Assembly (NCBI GenBank): GCA_035293285.1
Contig: DATDOM010000093.1
Location: 36,495 to 100,494 of the forward strand
Length of the DNA: 64,000 nucleotides
Origin: Candidatus Nanoarchaeia archaeon
GTDB taxonomy: Archaea > Nanobdellota > Nanobdellia > Woesearchaeales > GW2011-AR4
Reading direction: 5' to 3'
Shown here: positions 57,690 through 64,000 of the stretch, piece by piece
Position numbering within the stretch: position 1 is the stretch's first letter
How the letters are laid out: every line of letters starts with the position of its first letter
The notes under the pieces: generated by a model
The model's input: the letters and a program-made list of their open reading frames with translations, nothing else
Database searches by the model: none
What the model was told of the DNA's origin: nothing
Program-made: the position numbers and the translations under genes

Positions 57690-58877
57690 ATGATTAACGA
57701 AAAACATGTTGAGTTAAGAAATAAAATTGAAAGTATGTCAAATGACGGCTTATCGATGCAAGATATTTCTTTAAAATTAGGCATAAGAATTGGTCATCAA
57801 AGAGACAGGAATTCTATTAAATGGTTTTTGAAGTGTATAAACTCCAAAAAGCATATGGACATTATACATAAAAAATATTCTGAAATATTTACAAGAAAAA
57901 GACTGAATTTGGACGAAGAGTGGATAAAAGAATTGTATTTGGTGAAAGAGTTGCCTCCGTACAAAATTGCTAAGATTATGAAATGTGACACGGTTACAAT
58001 TTTTAACCGTTTAAAAAATATGAATGTCAAGATTAGGAGTTATAGTGAATCCCATAAGCTAAAAACTTATGCCAGTCTAAAACAAATAAAAGTTACTGGA
58101 CTTACACAAGAAAAAGCATACATTCTAGGTGTTTTATGTGGAGACGCTTGGATTTCGATAAGAAGCTACAGGATTGGTTTAATGGCTATAGACTTAGATT
58201 TTGTTCGTGAATTTCAGAAAAACATGAAAAAAGCTTATGGTCTTTCTAGTAAAATAAGAAATATAAAACCGAGAAAAGGGAATTGGAGTGTTCAGTATTT
58301 ATTTGGAATTAGCTCAAAATTATTATGTGAAGATATTCTGTCTTATGGAAATTTTAACACTCATAATTGGAGGATTCCTAAGGAAATTTTTGAGTCTACC
58401 AATATAAAAATTACTGGTAGTTTTCTCAGGGGTTTTTATGACAGCGAAGGTCATGTAAATCCGGAAAGATACACACTTAAAGCTACTTCTTCAAACAAAG
58501 AAGGATTTTTAGATATACTCAATTTGTTGAGCAAATTAGGAATACATTATATAACAATTTTAAAAAAACACAAAAATCCCTATTATAAATTGGGCTATGA
58601 AGTTCTCATCACTGGTTCTGATTCATATAAGAAATTCAAAGAAATTGTTGGCTTTTCAATAAAAAGAAAGTGGGAAGCTTTGTTAAAATTACAAAATGTA
58701 AGAAAACAAAACAGATACACTAAAAACGATTTTGAAAAAGCAATTAAGTTAAGAGAAGAAGGATTCTATCAAGCAGAAATTTCTAGAAAAACTGGGGTTG
58801 AACGTGGCACAATAAATAGATGGTTTAGAAATAAAGAGTATTATGTCAATACTAATTGGATAGTCAAAAAAATTTAG
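57690..58877 (+). mobile_element. Free-standing LAGLIDADG-type homing endonuclease with N- and C-terminal HTH modules
   Basis: Two LAGLIDADG-like motifs (ILGVLCGDAWISI and LRGFYDSEGHV). C-terminal HTH ISRKTGVERGTINRWF. GGAGGT Shine-Dalgarno-like sequence 8 nt upstream. Confidence 0.65.
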
Positions 58878-59265
58878 GTGGTTTTGTCATTGTCCATCCA
58901 AATGAGTTATTATATTTTAGTTTTTTTTTCTTTGATTTATTTTTAGTTTGCCTCTTATCTTCAATCTTGAATGCCATCTTTTTTTGAATATAAGTTAAAT
59001 TCTTACTACCCTTCATACTATTGCAGTCTTTATGTGCCAAATTCATTTTTTTGCCACCTTGAGAATAAGGGATTTTATGATCTAACTCTAATTCTGACAT
59101 TTTTGTTATTCTCTGGCTACATATATGGCAAGTTCTACCATATAGCTTTGGATGCTCCCAGACATATAGTCTTTCTTTAGGAGTTAGTTTAATTTTCTTC
59201 TTTTTTTGCTGATAAGCGGAACCCAAAATATTTTTAATATTAAATTGAAAAAGGTCTTTTACCAT
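58864..59265 (-). mobile_element. HNH endonuclease
   Basis: CHICSQRI...LELDHKIPYSQGG...LAHKDCN HNH motif; 133 aa, basic. Confidence 0.7.
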
Positions 59266-59346
59266 AACGTTCTATTTTTAAGGTAACATATTTAAACTTT
59301 TCCAAGAAATCATATTTATAAACTATAGCTTATACTATCAATCAAA

Positions 59347-60066
59347 ATGAAAACATTTGTAATGATTCCGACATACAATGAAAACGAGAACATTAAAAAC
59401 CTTATAGCGGCATTACTAAAACTTAAAATCAAAGACCTCGAAATTGTTGTTGTGGATGATAATTCTCCTGACGGCACGTGGAAATCTGTTAAAAAAATCT
59501 CATCAAAAAACAGGAATGTTCATCTTCTTTTAAGAAAAAAAGACAAGGGACGCGGAGCAGCAGGAAAGGCAGGATTCATTTATTCCCTAGAGCACGGCGC
59601 AGACATTGTGATAGAGATGGATGCTGATTTTTCACACGACCCTAAAAATATTCCGACAATGATAAAAGAGCTGCAAAATGCGGACCTGGTGCTTGGCTCA
59701 AGAAGAGTGAAGGGAAGCCGAGAAGTCGGGAGGGGAATGGGCAGGAGGATTCTTACACACCTTGCAAATTTTTACATCAGGATTCTTCTTGGGCTAAATG
59801 TAAGGGACTGCAATTCAGGCTTTAGGTGCTTTAAGCGAAAAGTGCTTGAAAAAATCAATGTTTACTCTCTTCAGTCAAAAGGCCCCGCGATTGTGCAGGA
59901 AGTGCTTTTTTTGGCAAAAATCAAGGGCTTTAAGGTAAAGGAAGTTCCCATAGTTTTTGTAAACCGGGTCAAAGGCGAATCAAAGCTTGGGCTAAAGCAG
60001 ATAATATCAGGGTATTTTGCTGTACTGAAATTCAGGATTCTTTACATTTTGGGCGAGGTTAAATGA
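59347..60066 (+). CDS. GT2 glycosyltransferase (Dpm1/AglD-like)
   Basis: FVMIPTYNENENI...VVDDNSPDGT...EMDADFSHDP. Confidence 0.8.
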   Translation: MKTFVMIPTYNENENIKNLIAALLKLKIKDLEIVVVDDNSPDGTWKSVKKISSKNRNVHLLLRKKDKGRGAAGKAGFIYSLEHGADIVIEMDADFSHDPKNIPTMIKELQNADLVLGSRRVKGSREVGRGMGRRILTHLANFYIRILLGLNVRDCNSGFRCFKRKVLEKINVYSLQSKGPAIVQEVLFLAKIKGFKVKEVPIVFVNRVKGESKLGLKQIISGYFAVLKFRILYILGEVK

Positions 60067-61073
60067 AAGTTGCAATACTTGTCCCGACATTTTCGCATTT
60101 CAGCGGCCCTGACAGGGTTGCAGAGCAGCAGGCCATAGAATATTCAAAAAAAGGCCACAAGGTAACAGTCTTTTGCCTTGAAGGTGACATACTTCCAAAG
60201 AAATACTCTGTTGATATTCTCGGAATGCCAAAATCATTGTTTTTGCAAAGAATCTACAGGCTGCTATTCTTTCTTGACATCAATAAAATCAACAAGACAG
60301 CAAAAAAATTCAGGGATTATGACTTGACAATATCCCATCTTTACCCAATGAACCTTATTGCATCAAAAGCAAAGAAAAAATATGGTATCAAATATGTGTA
60401 TTACAATCACGGCGTTGGCTATCCAGAGCTTTTCACAAGCTTTCATGAAAAAATCTACATGAATCTTTTTGACTTTTTCAACAAAATTTCATTAAAAAGT
60501 GCCGATGAAGCAGTTTCAATAAGCAAGTTCATGCAAAAGGAGCTTGAGCGCGAGACCGGGCTTAAGAGCAAAGTAATTTACAACAAAATTGACACAAAAA
60601 AATTCAGGAAAAACCTTGACGGACTAAGCATAAGAAAAAAACTCAAGCTAGATTCCAAAGACAAAGTACTGCTTTTTGTAGGGAGATTATCACCTCACAA
60701 GAACGTTCACTCACTAATTGATATCTTTAATGATGCAGGCAAAAAAATACCCAACTTGAAACTGATAATTGTCGGAAAGCACACTTTTTCGGATTATTTT
60801 GAAAAACTGAAAATGAAGTCGAATAAAAACGTCATATTTGTCGAGTCTGCAGATGATGACGAACTGCCGTATTATTACGCTGCGTGTGATTTATATGTTA
60901 CTGCGTCCCTATGGGAGGGATTTAACCTGCCTATTGCGGAAGCGCAGGCATGCGGCAAAAAAGTCGTTGCTTTTGATGTATGCTCTCACCCAGAGATTGT
61001 AAAGCACGGCATGCTTGTCAGGGAAAATGACAATTCAGGGTTTGCTTCTGCTATCGTGAAAATGCTGAAATAA
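60063..61073 (+). CDS. GT4 glycosyltransferase
   Basis: C-terminal EGFNLPIAEAQACGKKVVAF motif of the GT4 (glycos_transf_1) family. Confidence 0.7.
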   Translation: MKVAILVPTFSHFSGPDRVAEQQAIEYSKKGHKVTVFCLEGDILPKKYSVDILGMPKSLFLQRIYRLLFFLDINKINKTAKKFRDYDLTISHLYPMNLIASKAKKKYGIKYVYYNHGVGYPELFTSFHEKIYMNLFDFFNKISLKSADEAVSISKFMQKELERETGLKSKVIYNKIDTKKFRKNLDGLSIRKKLKLDSKDKVLLFVGRLSPHKNVHSLIDIFNDAGKKIPNLKLIIVGKHTFSDYFEKLKMKSNKNVIFVESADDDELPYYYAACDLYVTASLWEGFNLPIAEAQACGKKVVAFDVCSHPEIVKHGMLVRENDNSGFASAIVKMLK

Positions 61074-61096
61074 TATGGCTAATTAACTTTAGTTTT

Positions 61097-61591
61097 TTAT
61101 TTAACTCCGTTCTTTTTCCTGAATAGTGTTCTTATCTCCTTTGCAGGAAAAACACGAAGCGGTGTATTTTCATAGAAGAGCGGGAACTTCCGCGCAAAAA
61201 TCTCCATGAATTTGTATTTTGGGGTAAAAACCAGTTTTATCTCCTTTATTTCAAAATCGTTGCTGAGATGGTTCATTGACTTATAGCTGTAATAAGTCCT
61301 GTGCTGGGGGTCAAAAGCCATAATGTTTGTGCAGTGCGGGACTATTATTTCAAGAACTCCGTCTTTTTTCAAAATTCTCTTTATTTCATCCATAAAGCGA
61401 AACGGATTTTCAAGATGCTCTACAATGTGCGATGCAAGTATGTGGTCAAACTCCTCTTTTTTGAACGGATAAGGATATTTGTCTATGTTAAAATACAGGT
61501 CTGCCTTCTTTTTCCTGTCGTTATCGACATTAATCCAGTCCTTCCTGTAATCATAACCGCATCCGAGGTTTAGCCTTTTTTTGTTTTCCAT
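61097..61591 (-). CDS. Class I SAM-dependent methyltransferase
   Basis: LNLGCGYDYR...VEHLENP Methyltransf_11-type motifs; 164 aa. Confidence 0.6.
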   Translation of the reverse strand: MENKKRLNLGCGYDYRKDWINVDNDRKKKADLYFNIDKYPYPFKKEEFDHILASHIVEHLENPFRFMDEIKRILKKDGVLEIIVPHCTNIMAFDPQHRTYYSYKSMNHLSNDFEIKEIKLVFTPKYKFMEIFARKFPLFYENTPLRVFPAKEIRTLFRKKNGVK

Positions 61592-61610
61592 TGAACTCAG
61601 TTGAGTAAAA

Positions 61611-62333
61611 TCACTCTATCTGGTATTTTTTCCATCTTTTTGTTGAAAGGCTCATGTCAACAGTAAGACTTGGCCCTTCATACTCTTTTAGCGTCATTTT
61701 TCTGACATTTTTTGAGCCTGCCAAAACTGCCAAATCATAAATGCTCATTCTTTTGCTGCCGACAATGTGGATAATTCCTTTTTCTTTTGCATGCACGAGT
61801 TCAATAATTGCCTTTGCAACATTGTCGCTAAAAAGATAAGTTCCGAACCTGTCAGTAAAAGCTTTTGGATATTTCCATTCCTGCTTTGGAGCAAAATTTG
61901 TCCTTATTACACACGAATTTTCATGCTGCCTTGACACAATCTCGCCGCAGACTTTTGTCAGTGAATAAAAGTTTTTTGGAGAAGGAATATCATCTTCAGT
62001 ATAGTACTTTTCGTTCTCCCCTTCAAATACGCATGCTGTTGAGATATAAACAAAATGGCAGTTATTTTTCAGCTCCTTTAGCGCGCTTACTATGTTTTGA
62101 GTTCCTTCCACATTTGTAATCCATGCCCTCTTCTTGTCTTTTTCACATGCCCTTATATCGACAAGCGCTGCTGTGTGGATAACGACATCAGGATTGTAAT
62201 CAAGTATAACCTTTCTTGTTTTTTTGGAATCTGTAATGTCCATCTCAGAATGGCTTGGAAAATATGCATCCTTTAGCAATTTTCTGAGTGATTTTCCAAG
62301 AGAGCCGGTTCCTCCAGTCACAAGTATTTTCAT
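61611..62333 (-). CDS. RmlD-like NAD(P)H sugar-nucleotide reductase/epimerase (SDR)
   Basis: MKILVTGGTGSLGKSL Rossmann start (ORF-track start 62393 adds 20 residues), YxxxK; ~240 aa. Confidence 0.55.
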   Translation of the reverse strand: MKILVTGGTGSLGKSLRKLLKDAYFPSHSEMDITDSKKTRKVILDYNPDVVIHTAALVDIRACEKDKKRAWITNVEGTQNIVSALKELKNNCHFVYISTACVFEGENEKYYTEDDIPSPKNFYSLTKVCGEIVSRQHENSCVIRTNFAPKQEWKYPKAFTDRFGTYLFSDNVAKAIIELVHAKEKGIIHIVGSKRMSIYDLAVLAGSKNVRKMTLKEYEGPSLTVDMSLSTKRWKKYQIE

Positions 62334-62398
62334 AAGCTCAAGATACTGGCTTTTATATTTAAAGCTTATTAGGCTCCATCCTAAATCTCGCATCGGCT

Positions 62399-62517
62399 CG
62401 GGTTATTGCCAAGCTCAGTCCTCTCTTCTCAAATCGTAGGCTGACATTTCCCGTATGGAGTATCCCCTTTGTTAGCTTTTCATCCGTACAAATCAGGGCC
62501 TCGCAAAAGGCAATAAC
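62399..62517 (+). repeat. ~120-nt conserved structured element, family G, copy B
   Basis: Terminal stem gggttattgcc / ggcaataacc (perfect). Core ...CTCAGTC..TCAAATCGTAGGCTGACATTTCCCGTATGGAGTATCCCCTTTGTTAGC...TCCGTACAAAT..GGGCCTCGCAAAA. Ends 65 nt before the wecC-like gene. Confidence 0.65.
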
Positions 62518-62581
62518 CTTCATTTTCTACAGCACCCGCTTATTAGAAAATTTTATAAACCAATTTGGACATCTTTCGTAG

Positions 62582-63865
62582 ATGAATACAGTAACAATAA
62601 TAGGCCTTGGATATGTCGGTCTTCCTCTTGCGTGCCTCTGCGCAGAAAAGGGCAAAAAGGTCTATGGGTTTGATGTCGATGAACACAAGACCAAAAGCGT
62701 TAATTCAGGCGTAAGCCCGATTGATGATCCTGCAATTTCTGCAAAGCTAAAAGCCCTAAAGGGAAAAATTACCGCAACTACAAATCCGGCCGACTGCATC
62801 CCTAATTCTGATGTCGTCATTGTATGTGTTCCAACACCAATAGACAAAAACAATAAACCCGACCTGACAGCACTCAAAAGCGCGAGCGGGACTGTGTCAA
62901 GCCACATAAAGAAAAACACGCTTTTTGTCATAGAATCAACAATATATCCCGGGACAATTGAAGAAATTGTTGTTCCCATTCTTCAGGAAAAAGGGCTTAA
63001 TCCATTTACCGATGAAGTATTTGTAGCGCATTGCCCTGAAAGAATAGACCCGGGAAACACCAAATGGACTATTGACAGGCTGCCGAGGGTTGTTGGCGGA
63101 ATAACAAAAAAAGCCTCAAAAAAAGCCTCAGACTTTTATAAAAGCATAGTCGATGCGGAGATAATGGAGCTTACAAGCGTCAAGGCTGCCGAAGCCACAA
63201 AAATAATGGAAAACACTTTCAGGGATGTCAACATCGCTTTTGTGAACGAAATGGCCCAGAGTTTTGACAAGGCTGGCATTGACATAACTGAAGTCATAAA
63301 AGGCGCGTCAACAAAGCCTTTTGCTTTCATGCCGCATTACCCTGGAGCCGGCGTAGGAGGCCACTGCATAAGCGTTGACCCTTATTACCTTATAGAAAAA
63401 GCAAAAAGGCTTGGATTCAACCATAGGTTCCTGATTCTTGCAAGGGAGATAAACAATCACATGCCGCATTACACTGTAGAACTTCTTGAAAACGAGCTTA
63501 AGAAACTGAACAAGCAATTAAGCGGCGCAAAAGTCGGAGTTTTAGGGCTTGCTTACAAGGCAAATGTTGACGACGTGAGGGAAAGCCCTGCATATGAAGT
63601 GATACATCTTTTAAAATCAATGGGCGCCGAAGTTTTTGTTTTTGACCCTTATGTTCCAAAAGAGAGCAATGTGAAAAACACCAATGAACTGCTTGAAAAA
63701 AGCGATTACATCATCCTTGTCACAAACCATGAAGAATTCAAAAACCTGGACCTAGAGAAGTTAAAAACAAATTCAATAAAAATTGTCATTGATGGAAGAA
63801 ACTGCCTTGACAAGGAAAAAATAAAATCAATGGGAATCCTGTATCACGGCATAGGGCGGGCGTAA
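62582..63865 (+). CDS. Nucleotide-sugar dehydrogenase (UDP-N-acetyl-D-mannosamine/glucosamine dehydrogenase, WecC/WbpA-like)
   Basis: MNTVTIIGLGYVGLPLA Rossmann start and GGHCISVDP catalytic Cys motif; 427 aa. Confidence 0.75.
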   Translation: MNTVTIIGLGYVGLPLACLCAEKGKKVYGFDVDEHKTKSVNSGVSPIDDPAISAKLKALKGKITATTNPADCIPNSDVVIVCVPTPIDKNNKPDLTALKSASGTVSSHIKKNTLFVIESTIYPGTIEEIVVPILQEKGLNPFTDEVFVAHCPERIDPGNTKWTIDRLPRVVGGITKKASKKASDFYKSIVDAEIMELTSVKAAEATKIMENTFRDVNIAFVNEMAQSFDKAGIDITEVIKGASTKPFAFMPHYPGAGVGGHCISVDPYYLIEKAKRLGFNHRFLILAREINNHMPHYTVELLENELKKLNKQLSGAKVGVLGLAYKANVDDVRESPAYEVIHLLKSMGAEVFVFDPYVPKESNVKNTNELLEKSDYIILVTNHEEFKNLDLEKLKTNSIKIVIDGRNCLDKEKIKSMGILYHGIGRA

Positions 63866-63923
63866 ATCATAAGCTCGGCTTTGGAACAGCAAGATTTAAA
63901 ATCGGGCATGGTATTTTGGCTGT

Positions 63924-64000
63924 ATGAAAATCGTGCACGTTACAGGCTACTTTGTTCCTGAACTTGGATACCAGGAATACTATCTTGCGAAAAAGCACGC
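63924..64000 (+). CDS. GT4-family glycosyltransferase, N-terminal fragment (runs off window)
   Basis: MKIVHVTGYFVPELGYQEYYLAKKH is the typical GT4 N-terminal-domain start. Confidence 0.35.
   Translation, partial: MKIVHVTGYFVPELGYQEYYLAKKH

Noticed and set aside
1-64000. Possibility that the contig is bacterial (CPR-like) because of gpsA/plsC/fabG, GT9 and ddh genes
   Set aside because: Archaeal/eukaryal-type uS2, archaeal-type PEPC, stand-alone TRAM, a TrmB regulator, split transketolase and Fap7 together argue for an archaeon carrying bacterial-type modules. A chimeric assembly cannot be excluded from sequence alone.
1-64000. CRISPR arrays, tRNA genes, integrases, IS transposases
   Set aside because: I scanned for regularly spaced short direct repeats, tRNA T-arm consensus (GTTC[GA]A.TC) and transposase/integrase-like ORFs, and found none. 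The only P-loop ATPase resembling IstB (12441-13181) has no adjacent IstA-like gene.

Overview
The window is AT-rich and reads as archaeal: it carries an archaeal/eukaryal-type ribosomal protein uS2, an archaeal-type PEP carboxylase (MSTQHPDN N-terminus), a stand-alone TRAM-domain protein, a TrmB-family regulator, a split transketolase and a stand-alone 5S rRNA. A low-GC DPANN-like archaeon is an inference only.

Layout:
- ~0-12 kb: housekeeping genes plus a bacterial-type lipid module (two fabG paralogs, two PlsC-family acyltransferases, gpsA), then rps2, a Fap7-like kinase, aspC, archaeal PEPC and a truncated NFACT/Rqc2 gene.
- ~12.1-18.6 kb: an accessory/mobilome-like island. It starts at an amidohydrolase gene remnant and holds a P-loop AAA+-like ATPase, two toxin-antitoxin pairs (YgiT-ZnF/DUF4258 and AbrB/PIN), RadC and wHTH regulators. 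Its centrepiece is a MazG-like NTP pyrophosphatase gene followed 3 nt later by a 664-aa PD-(D/E)xK nuclease + DUF2075/Schlafen-like SF1 helicase fusion, which I rate as the best candidate for an undescribed defence module.
- ~18.7 kb: a stand-alone 5S rRNA with an oligo-T terminator.
- ~19-64 kb: a large surface-glycan biosynthesis region. It contains a UDP-GlcA/UDP-Xyl module (ugd-NTase-uxs), a CDP-3,6-dideoxyhexose pathway (ddhA, ddhB, ddhC/E1 with a [2Fe-2S] motif) next to two paralogous AHAS-like ThDP enzymes (one fused to an N-terminal cupin, YerE-like), several SDR epimerase/reductases, GT2/GT4/GT9 transferases, a Wzx-like flippase, SAM methyltransferases and large polytopic membrane proteins. 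Pentose-phosphate genes (transaldolase, split transketolase) and three free-standing selfish nucleases (two LAGLIDADG, one HNH) are interspersed.
- Two families of conserved, apparently structured intergenic elements were found by eye: five copies of a ~120-150-nt element immediately upstream of glycan genes, each closed by compensatory terminal stems, and three copies of a ~71-nt element with a covarying hairpin.

No CRISPR array, tRNA, integrase or transposase was recognised.
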